Of a stretch of DNA of 64,000 bases, positions 44,605-55,346 are shown in pieces. How positions within the stretch are numbered: the stretch's first letter is position 1; each line of letters begins with the position of its first letter. The translations under genes and the position numbers were made by a program. The DNA is from Schizochytrium sp. TIO01 (taxonomy: Eukaryota > Protista > Bigyra: Labyrinthulomycetes), in assembly GCA_004764695.1 (NCBI GenBank), contig SMSO01000014.1, positions 4,784,845 through 4,848,844 of the forward strand, given 5' to 3'. The notes beneath the pieces are model-generated. The model was not told the DNA's origin. It made no database searches and saw only the letters and a list, made by a program, of their open reading frames with translations.

Positions 44605-47600
44605 ATTCCGGACCTCCTACTGGTAAGTCCTAAGTGAGAATAGGAACGGTACGTACTGTAATTTGTTTTGTTTTTGTTAATTGACGGATTTCCATTGTTT
44701 CATTTCACAATTCCGCAGTTTAGCGATGAGTTAGTTAGTGTACTTCTTTCCGCACTTCTCTCTCCCAATCTCAATCTCTGCCACCCCGTGTGCGTCCTCT
44801 CTCGCGTCCCAAGCTCCCTCCCAGACACCCCCGACGGAGCTGCGCGGAGGCCTCTCCCTTTCCACGCAAGCAGGCAAGCAGGCAGGCAGGATGGAGCGAG
44901 GCTCTTCTTTCTTCAGTGTTTCATTCCCATTTCTTCTTTCTTTCTTTCTCTTTCCCTTTTTCTTTTTCTGTTTTGTTTTTGTTTCTTCTTTCTTGTTCAA
45001 AGTTAAAAGGAAGAGAGGGAAAGATTAGGTACTTACTCACACGAGCTTCGAAATCCTGATCTGCCGCCGCCGTGCTTGGGGACAAGGTGTCAACGCGCGG
45101 GTCTGCTCGTGATCTTGGGCAACGAGAGCCGTGAAAAGGGCATTCATTCATTGCAGCTCAAGACGGTCAACATGACATGACATGACATGACAAGGCCGCA
45201 ACGAGGAGGCATCGAGACGCGAAATGAACGCGAGGCAGTGCATCGATTGCCGCGCTTTGATGTTTTGTATGGCTGTCGAAGGACGTCTTTGAGACTGCAC
45301 TTAAGCTTTGGTAAAGAGGCTGAAGGAATGTAATGCAAGGAATGTAATGCCGTGTAAGGCGATGTAGAGCAGTCTTAGGGAGGCACACCATGATGAAGTA
45401 CAAAGGTGTTCGAGGTGGCGCTGGAGAAGTACGGCTTGCTTGCTTTGGCGCTTGCTGAAGGAGTGCAATCGGGCACGGTTTGTGCGAGAGAGCACACCAG
45501 AAAGCAATGCAAGTCGGTTTCCTCGTCCTCTTGTGCACCCTGATGCTCAACTCGAACAAGGCCAGATGCCTGCCTGATGTTGCCACGAGCTGAGTTAAGG
45601 GCAGGATGTAGCGATGAGCAGTGCGCAATTTGTAGTGATTGCGATGCAATGGCAAGCTGCGATCAAACGACTCGCGATATTATCGCTGTTCGTTCGTTCC
45701 CCAGCCTACCTGGGGCCGGCCTGCAGGCTACCAGGACTTCCAGCAATGCATGCTCGCTACCTAAATGAGCACAAGGATGCAGACGGACACGACAGATATG
45801 GATATTTGTCCGTGGCATGGATGCGAAATCAATTGAGATCGCAAGATCTTACACCGGCACTCCTGGTCGCTTTGCACTCCATAATAGTGTTGGTGACGAC
45901 TCATCGAAGCGGACCAAAATGAAGAGACCTTGGACCGTGAAGTAACTTTCTCAATCTATCGATTCCGTGAGCAAACTCGTGCGAATTTGCATCTGGAAAT
46001 CTAAGCATTTGCTACGAACGAACCGACGAACACACGGATGAACTGGGGTCGCTCTGTCGTTGTCCATTGCCATCGCCAACCTCTTCATCTACGTTTACAT
46101 TCATTCCCAAAATCAAGGTCGTGAATTTGACAACTTCACATTTTCACAGATCAAATTGATTGATACCTTGAGCCATTTGAGCCTCCCTCACACAAAATGG
46201 TTCTATGCCCATTCCTCTCCAAGCCTACCTTCAATCAATCAACCATTCACTCACTCACTCACTCACTCTTCTGTCTTCATCTTTGTGGTTTATTCATTCA
46301 GAGTCATTCTTGAACACGAGGTGTAGGCACACATGCAAAACGAATGAGGAAACAAATCAAGAACCAGACGATGAGTCCGTACGTCCTTTCACAATCTTGC
46401 GAGTGAGGGCGGATTTAAGCTCAGTTCAAGTATAACTCTCGATCAAGGTTGTATTTATTTCGTTCGCACGAAGCCACAAGCTATCGATTCACTCAGGCTT
46501 ATGCGACGAAATAATGCCATAATCGAACGATAAAAATGATCGAAGAAATCGTTGAGTGAATTTCCGAATGAATTGAGATGAGTGAGTGAGTACCTTCTTG
46601 CGTACGTACCTTGAGTCTTGAGTAATGCAGAGTGCGTTGCTCTAAAGCGAGGTCTACGCACTGCTGAGCGTGCCTGGTTGTCCAAGCGCCGACAGTTCGT
46701 CTCCTCCAGGTCCCGGTCTCTCTTGGGTTGCAGCTCTGCTGACCGAAGACCGCCTCATGGCGAGCGTGAGCGTAGGCAGAGATGGCGAGAAAAAAGAAAC
46801 AAAGAAACAAAGAAAGAAAACTAACCAACTTTATAAAGAAAATAATTAAAAGGCGAAGAAGAAGATACACTTAGGAGCAAGGGACAGAGGTTGCACAAGG
46901 ATACTGCGAAGGACAACTCTATCACAGCGCCTCAGGCTCCCCGGTTCCTCGCAGAGGTGCGTAGACAGCAGCAGTCTCATCCATCCTACAGCAAAAGCGC
47001 TGCTCGAGACCCTATATTCTGAAGCATTGCATTACAATTGTAGTCTTTGCGAAGAAAGAAAGAACTGTTAGATTGCAATTTTTTTTAACTTTAAAAAAAA
47101 AAAGATCAAGCTTTTTCTTATCGTCCTTAGTCCTCCAAATAAAAAAGATAAACTCAGCAGTAAAGCGATCGACTTTGATCCTGCTAGCTAGATAGAGTCG
47201 TACCTAAAGTGGTAGCTCGTTGTTATTTAATCGAAAGGGCGTGGGAAAGCTGCTGCTGAGAGGTCTCTGCGAGCTTGAAATACGCAGGTCAGACCCTTGA
47301 AACCGAAGATCCACCGCTTACAATACCTTGAATATGGCCAAGTCTCTGCAATAGGCGATCAATAACTACTAAAAATAAACTAAGAAGAGCCTTTCCCCTC
47401 TCATGTATATTTCTTACTTTCTAATTAATAATACTAAATATAACTAAACCCCTATAAAAAAGATACGGAAGGAAGGGAAAGAGAGAAGAAAGATACGGAA
47501 ACCGAAGAAGAAAGAAGGAAAGAAAAAGAAGATACAGATTGATCCTCAACAATGATAGCGAATACCTCATTATAGAAAGAACGGCTGATTTTTATTTATT

Positions 47601-48130
47601 TTATTTTACTAATAAAAACAAAAATGAGAAAAATGAGAAAAGGTGGAAATTCTCTGTTTTTGCTGTCGGATCGAACCAAAGCCACAAGCGGCCATCACCA
47701 TAGCACTCGTGGCTCTCCTCATTCTCCTTCTTATTGAACAGAGCGCCTTTCATCAAGCGGGGATATTGAGGGCGGCCTTTCAGCCGTCCAAACTCTCTCC
47801 CACTTCATCTCCTTCTTCTTTCCTCCTTCTCTCAAACATGGCTCAAAGGGGAAAGGATAAAAGATATTTATTATTCTGGGAGCAGTATCCGCGAATTCTT
47901 CTTCTGTGTCTTTCTTCTCCTAGGGGTCGCTAGCGCCTGCTTAGGCTCTCGCTGGTGACGGAAATTTTTTATTTTACTTTACTTTACTTTACTTTACTTT
48001 ACTTTACTTTCCTCAAGTTTCAATCATCTCTCCGACTGACTAAAAGCCATGAGTAGTGCTGGCCTATGTAAAGGCTACTATGGGCACTAAGACTGACTTG
48101 TAAAGCGAAGAGCAGATATTCGTTTGATTC

Positions 48131-48422
48131 TTTGTTTGTTTGTTTGTTTGTTTGTTTGTTTGTTTGTTTGTTTGTTTGTTTGTTTGTTTGTTTGTTTGTT
48201 TGTTTGTTTGTTTGTTTGTTTGTTTGTTTGTTTGTTTGTTTGTTTGTTTGTTTGTTTGTTTGTTTGTTTGTTTGTTTGTTTGTTTGTTTGTTTGTTTGTT
48301 TGTTTGTTTGTTTGTTTGTTTGTTTGTTTGTTTGTTTGTTTGTTTGTTTGTTTGTTTGTTTGTTTGTTTGTTTGTTTGTTTGTTTGTTTGTTTGTTTGTT
48401 TGTTTGTTTGTTTGTTTGTTTG
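48131..48422. repeat. (TTTG)73 perfect microsatellite, 292 bp
   Basis: Uninterrupted run that generates the spurious CLFV/KQTN ORFs. Confidence 0.97.
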
Positions 48423-48822
48423 TTCGTTTGCGAGTAAGTTGCTGACTACGTATTCATTGCAGACTAACCTGAGGAACATCAACCATGAGGGACGATTGCG
48501 GGCAATCAACTGCGCTGTGTCCGTCTAACAGAATCAGAGAAATGGGTGCTCCATCATCGGCGCTCTTTCCTCATGGACACGGAGGAGACCAGCACACCAC
48601 CGGAATCGTTGCCAATTGCAAGCAACTGAGTGAGTGACCTCTACTTGGCAACTGATCGACTGACTGACTGACAAACTGAATGAATGAATGAATGAATGAT
48701 TAACCAACCTTCGGCAGCCTTCTCGTCCACGAGTGAGTGACTTGCTTACCTACTTCCTCGAGCACGAGATGCCTGCCACGCAGTATCTTCTGCATCGCGA
48801 GTTATCCTCCATCAGTCAGTCT

Positions 48823-48860
48823 GACTGACTGACTGACTGACTGACTGACTGACTGACTGA
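48823..48860. repeat. (GACT)n microsatellite
   Basis: Directly visible. Confidence 0.9.
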
Positions 48861-51478
48861 GTAGTAGTTGTGACAGACATGTCATGCATGGCACGTCTCG
48901 ATTTACATCTCCCTCTCCTCGATCGAATCGATAGATACCTCGATGACTCGAGGCTCGTGCCGCACGATTCGTGGCTCGACACGATCAGGAGCACGGGCAA
49001 GCATCGATCGCGACGCGGAAGCACGAACCCACGCAGCAGGCCAACCAAGCCCAGCTAGCTCGAGCTCCAGGGAGCAGAGCATAGACGATGCGAGAGAAGC
49101 CGCCTACCACAGAAGAGCACCTCGAGAGCTGCGACGGTATCGATGGACTCTGATGACGCAAGCTTTGGTTGGCCTTAGTTACAGTCAGTCAGTCAGTCAG
49201 TTCTTGATCCTGGAGAAAGATATTGAAGCCGCCGCAGGCAGATCCAGTTGTCGCAGGTCGCGGGTGACCAGAGAGCACACACACGCACGCACGCACGCAC
49301 GTACATCCACACTCGCAGACGAATAGAGATACCGACTGATCCATGCAAACGTAGGGACGTATGTAGCGGATACAGGCAAAGGCTGTAGATGGATTGTTTC
49401 TTTCAGTTTCCGCAGGGCGATTCGATAGAAGTCGATTGGAGTGCTCCGCCGTTTGCGGAGCTATCTATAGCTGCGTGCGTGAACTTGGGCAACTAAATGG
49501 AGGGTGTTTAGATGGCTGGCGAGCATGCGATAGGGTCACACAGAAGAACCGTTGGGAGTCGAGGTTTATTTATATCGTAGGGCTCGTGGATGAGACTTCG
49601 TTCGGTCTGTGTTGCAATTGCTGCCTTGTGGAGGCTGGCCAGGAAACAAAAGACGCTCGACGAAGCGGTGCGAGTTTAAGATAGGTGCTGTAGATTTGTC
49701 TGCCGACTTATGGATGAGCGGAAGCGGAGCGTGGCGGCGGACGCCGTCCTGGTGCGAATTGGAAGGCTGAGATATCTAGCCGTTGCTGAGTAGTAAGAAC
49801 GGCGCTTCACGTTCTGAATCTGCAGGATGGAAGGATAAAGACATGGCCATGAGATTGTTCATGTTCACTGTTGTTTGTTTGATTGTTTTTATTACAAAGT
49901 TATCACAATGCGAGCAGAAGGATACTGGTCTGGATGGACGGAGAGATAGCGATTCTCCTTGGCGGTTCGGGATGTAGTCACGGATGACTCCAGAGCAGAG
50001 CCTGAGCTGTGAGGAAGGGAGGGCTCGCACGCGATTTATAGCTGAGATCAAGATGTTAAATTTAGCATGCAGGGTTTGGCTTGGCTTGGCTTGTTTTTTG
50101 GTCTTTACGTTTTATTATTATTGTTATTATTAGAAGCAGTAGTAGTAGTATTTTTTCAATAGCAATGGAAGCTGTCTTTTATTGAGCACTTGACTTAAGG
50201 TAGATGTTGGTGTAATTTCTCGTTACATTTATCTATATCTGCTGGAATCGTGAGATTGCTGTAGATCTTGTTACAAATAACAAAGTACATGTGCTCTGTC
50301 TTGCACGGTCTTCTTCAAAGGAACCCAGTGTTTATAATAAATAAATAAATAAATAAATAAAAACCCTCATACGGGCCTACCCGACCCGAGAAATAGGTGT
50401 TTCTGTGCTTTTTATACTTTAGTCTGAACATGTATTCTCCAAGCAAATGAGACCTGAAATGTGTAAAACTTTCTGTCTGCATGAGCTTTGAGCTTTCACA
50501 GCTGCCAGCGTCGGACCATGCGTTGAAATCATTGAGACAGTAGCTGTATCTCCAGCTGCTAACATAGCCAGGAGGAGGTTGACGACAGACTCCCTTCACC
50601 TATTATTAGCAATAGCGGTGCAGGCCCAATTGCAGCACCCGGGAAGAGTACAGTATCTTTTGAAGGGCTTAAACCTCAGGTAATGAAGTTCCGTCAAAGA
50701 CACGACATGTTGAGCAGTGGTGAATCCTTTGTATATATCTCATATGGTCTCTTTTTAGACCGGTTCAATGACTGATCAATTCAACTAAACTTACTACTAT
50801 TCTCATAATTGTATTTGGGCCTCAGGATCAGATGTACACCCTGGTACAACACGCTCATGAGAGCTTAAGCCCTCCCTCCAAATATGAATCCGTAGGGCGC
50901 CTAATAGCCTTGCTCTCAAAAAATTAGGTAAGTAGAGTTTTAAATTTTTAAGATTCTGCAAACCTGGATGGCCAACTTGGTCTTGTGAGTGCCTGGGAAA
51001 TCTTCCCCAGCCGTGCTTAGCTTTTATATGTTACTGCCATTGAGAATGCGACCCCATATTGCGCCAATGTTATTTACATTTTGATTGCACTCACTCATTG
51101 GCCCAGTCTTCTCTAGCTAGGTAATAGTTATTAAAACTTGTACTAGGAATATTGTCTATCTATCATTGAACGGCAAAAACACGTAACAGCAGTAACGAGA
51201 AGGTTAATCGATAACTCTCGCGCAGCAAAGTTGTGTTGAGCTTGCGGACGTCTTCTTTGGGTCTGATATACTTCGAGGTTCGCCTATCCGCTCTCCACGG
51301 CAATCCCAACGAAAATCCTCGCGTTGGGCATACGAGCGAAGCTGAAGAAGTTTTCTATCTATTCCAGCTATTCCAGCTCCTTCATCTATTCTCACTAGAA
51401 TTCATCACTCCGTTGCTGCTTCAACACCTCAAATAAAGGCGGGAGATATATAAACGGGACCTTTACCTGTGTAAAGAT

Positions 51479-53630
51479 ATGCCGGCTCTGGGACGGGCCT
51501 CGGGCGATGGCCCTGCAGCAGGAGTTTTGACGGTGCAATTTCGAGGTCGAAGGGAGAAAATTCGTGTCGCCACAATTGCTACAACTCTGCAAGCAGTTAT
51601 CCAAGATGCTTGCGAAACTTTTGGCAGCAAAATGGGCCTCATCATTGACCCTTCGAGCTCTCATCTTGAGCACAGGGGCAAGAAACTGGACTCTACCTTG
51701 CCCTTCAGATTCACAGGGCTTGTGAATAACGCCCTTGTGGACCTCCATACAACAAAGGTACGCGACTCTGGGGAACCTCCGGCGACTGAAGACGCAGCTC
51801 CTACGCCAGCACCCGCTGCTGCGCCAAAGAAAAGCATGGCCAGTAGTGTTCATATCCAGATTCGTTTTCCGAACGGCAAAGCGTTTAGGGGCAAATTCGA
51901 ACCAGAAACTACATTTGCAGAAATCATCGACATGATAGCGGACGATAAAAATGTTGGCAGCGATCTTGCACAAAATATCACAGAACTTGTGTTCATGCAG
52001 ACCAAGATTGAGAAAGATGTGTTTGCAGGCACGACACTCAAAATGCTAGGAATCAGCTCTGGATCTGCGGCCTTTCGGGCTCATGTACGCGCTTTACAAA
52101 CGGACGAGCCTTCACAGACATCACGCGAGTCATCTTTGTCAACACCGCGAGAGGAAAAGGAAGCAGCGTCTGAAGAGACCCCTCATCAACAAGAAGTCGG
52201 TAGCGAGGATGCTGAAATGCTTTCCCCCGCTAAGAAGGTGGCAGATTCTAACGCAAGCGAGACGAAAATGAAGGACTCCATGGAGGAAGACAGAGATGAC
52301 GAAGGTGCTTCATCAGGTCCAAAGGAAGAAAAGTCTCAAACCGCAGGCAACAAACAACAGCGCCGAGAGATTGCAGACGCCATCAAGGGTATCCGGATGG
52401 CATACTTTGATGAAGATACACGCACAATTGCCCAAACACTATTAAAGATCGTGTCAGCTGTTGTACGTAAACCTGGCGATGAACGTGTTCGCAAAATTAA
52501 CCAAAACAACTCTGCATTTCACGAAAAGGTGGGAAAGTACCCTGCAGCTGTACAGCTCCTTTTAGCGGTGGGATTTCAATCCCAAGCAGGGTCATTAGTT
52601 CTTTTACCAGATCAGGAGGATGAATCGTGCTCAAGGTTTGCTATCGATCGACTCGGCAAACTTGCACTTGAAGTGGGTTGTTCCCCCTTTGACATAGGCA
52701 CTCTTATGCAACAAGTGCCTCGGCCGAAAACAGAACAAGGAAAAAGCCGATGAAGCTGCCATGATGGCAGACTTTGATCCATACAAGACCAACCTCACAC
52801 GCATGGCCCCTGGTCTTCCCGTCAAGCACGTCGAATCTTCTGTGGAACGTGAACTTGCTGATTTACGAGCTTCGCGTGACAAAATTCTATCTGAAGCTGG
52901 TATTCCAGAACGTAAACTACGCATATTTAAGCCCGAAGGGGGGTTCAACGCTCGCAACTTTTCCGCAGATGTGGAATCCAGTGGAGATAGTGGAGAAGGT
53001 AGAAGTGATATTGGTCTTCTTGCAGCGGCAGCAAAGGCTCAACAACAGCAGCGCGCGGCAGGAGAAAAGTTTAGTACGCGTGCTATGCGTGAACTTGAAA
53101 CACTTCGCAAAACCAAAATCTACACGAGCACACTCTTGCGGGTGCAGTTCCCAGACCGTGTTATCCTTCAAGCCTATTTTTCTCCTCAGGAAAAGATATC
53201 TGAAATGTATAAACTTTTGTCTGAGCTATTGATCGAGTCGCTTCGCAGCAAATTTGAACTGTACGTGACACCTCCTTTGCAGACACTCTCGCCCTCCGCT
53301 AAATTTGAAGATTCTGGACTGGTGCCCGCTGCTCTGGTGCACCTTCGCTGGACCCACGATGATGACGTCCAGAACTATTTGCTTGACCCCTCATGCTTGA
53401 CTCAAAAAGACAAAGCTGAAGCGAGCACACATATGGAAATTGATACTCCAGCGTTCCCCACTTCCACGCCTATCGTTGTTGCTTCTCGGGAAGGAAAAGA
53501 ATCCAAAACCGCAGCTAGTGATGCTGATTTTGGTGCTGTTGGGGCAAGTGCGGCATCTTCCTCGTCATCTTCAAGCAATCAAGACCGTTCCAAAGCTCCA
53601 AACAAGCCTAAATGGATGAAGTTAAAATAA
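51479..53630 (+). CDS. TUG/ASPSCR1 (UBXD9/Ubx4/PUX1-like) p97/Cdc48 cofactor with an internal PUB domain, split in the track by a frame break at about 52673-52760
   Basis: N-terminal TUG-UBL1 (KKLDSTLPFRFTGLVNNALVDL), a second UBL (IQIRFPNG), PUB (LLKIVSAVVRKPGDERVRKINQNNSAFHEKV...LLAVGF), then UBX in the second ORF (LRVQFPDRVILQAYF, LYVTPP, LVPAALV) and a KPKWMKL terminus typical of the family. Confidence 0.85.
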
Positions 53631-53954
53631 TTTTGTCAATATTTTATTTTTTTTGCAAAAAGTCATATGCACAGCTAGCAGCTGTGCGACTCAATCGCAA
53701 GCGGATGTGAAAAAAAGTAACAAATAAGATCGTTCACGATGAGAAATTAAATCAGGACTCTGAGGAAAAATGTCTCTATTGTGTTCCTTTAAGTTTTAAA
53801 CAATTCATTCATGCACGAGCCTTGACGTCCATGAAAAGGCGAATGATATATTGTAGAGGTTCTGGCGTACGCAGAGAACCCAAGTGTCATAGTCCCCGTG
53901 AATCTTGCTACCGTGGCTATCATTGAGAATTCACTGTTTGCTAAATCAATAGTT

Positions 53955-54590
53955 CTAATTCAGGGCAAGTGTTGCAGAGTTTGTGCTCTCCGCTTCAGCA
54001 CGTTCAGCTTCCTCAGCTCGCTCAGACTCGATCTTGGCAAGCTTAGTATCCGCGTGATCTAGAAAAAAGTACAACCCGCCGGAGTAGCAGGAGTATGTGA
54101 GCGCAGCGTTCAGAAGTCCCCAGAGTTGCATAGATTGGCTAGCCTCAAAGGCGAATAGAGAGACGGCGTATTGTACAGTTCCCGCAGTCATGAATGTGAA
54201 GCCTGCACCAAGCATCAGCATGCATGGCCAAAGATCGCGTTTGTCCTGCACATCAATCGAGGAATACAAGGCGAGACCGCTTACGCTGCCAATGATGGCA
54301 TTGCGAGTGTAGTTTAACCAAGAGGTCTCAATGGAAAGGCGCTTGAGATGTGCCTTTTCCATCTGATTCACGTCCAAAGGACGGCTGTGCAGGTTTACAT
54401 TCGGGTGGGTCTTGTGCAGAGTGCTCGTTTTGCCTGCTGCAGAGTTCTCGCTCAGGAACCTTCTGTGCTGCCAGAAACTATCTTTCTTCACAGTTCTTCT
54501 CCAAACACTTGTTGTCGTTGATGCAGTTGCTGACGTCGTGGTCGCCTGAGCGTTTGCAACGTGCCAACAAACTCGCCTCGCAGCCAACAT
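53955..54590 (-). CDS. Mitochondrial membrane protein, TMEM160/DUF202-like, about 3 TM
   Basis: Presequence-like MLAARRVCW...RRFLS from the ATG at 54590. ETSWLNYTRNAIIGSVSGLAL resembles the DUF202/TMEM160 LSWxRxxL motif. Three hydrophobic segments. Confidence 0.6.
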   Translation of the reverse strand: MLAARRVCWHVANAQATTTSATASTTTSVWRRTVKKDSFWQHRRFLSENSAAGKTSTLHKTHPNVNLHSRPLDVNQMEKAHLKRLSIETSWLNYTRNAIIGSVSGLALYSSIDVQDKRDLWPCMLMLGAGFTFMTAGTVQYAVSLFAFEASQSMQLWGLLNAALTYSCYSGGLYFFLDHADTKLAKIESERAEEAERAEAESTNSATLALN

Positions 54591-55346
54591 CTTGGTGTCA
54601 AAACCTTTCCACACCTCTAGAAAGTCACCACTGCCAGTCTACCTCAAGCCCTACAGGCCTGCGCAAGATGTCTGATGGCGAGTGAAGAATTAGTGCAAGC
54701 GAGTCGCGACGTTGTTGAGGGTCTGCAGCTGCTAGAATTTCTCGTGAAATCAAAAATACCAGACAAGGGAACGACATCCCTTTTTATTATTCAGTGATTT
54801 TCTTGCGTCACCTTTGGTGAGAAGTAGCACGGAAATCAATCCAAGAAAGATCAATGCGACATTACAGACTTCGTCGAACGACACGGACGCTTGTCATGGC
54901 GCTTCTCCACGGACACGCACTTTGGTAGAACAGAGTGTGGGCCTCACAGCGGTCGACTCCCCAAAACTGCAAACAAATTAGCCAGATTACGAGATCTCCA
55001 TTCTTTGATCATGATATCTAGGTATAAGGGAGATTACCTTCGTAGCACATAGTACCTAGGGTGATAAATCAATCAATATATAGATGTGAGCTCAAGGGTG
55101 TGGCTCGACGCTGCACATGAAGAAGCTGGGAGAACGAGGAGGAAAGTACCTGCGCCTTTGAACAGCGCTCGAGTCTCTCTTAGTTATTCAGTCGGAACTG
55201 CGACATTCACGCATTCCTTTCCATTCTTGATTCGAGCTACTACGCATCTCCTTAATATCTCTCTATATATCCTTACTTTGTCAAAGAGTTATCTACTAAT
55301 GGGGGAGATAAGGTGTATAATGAAAAATGAAAGAAGTAAGTAGATT

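Noticed and set aside
48087-48528. (KQTN)n and (CLFV)n ORFs
   Set aside because: Translations of the TTTG microsatellite.
52715-52733. 19-nt GT-AG micro-intron that would also repair the UBX gene frame
   Set aside because: Far shorter than the two supported introns here (136 and 270 nt) and has a weak donor.
52751-52753. TGA ending the first UBX ORF as a second Sec codon
   Set aside because: The downstream ORF is in a different frame, so readthrough would not join them.
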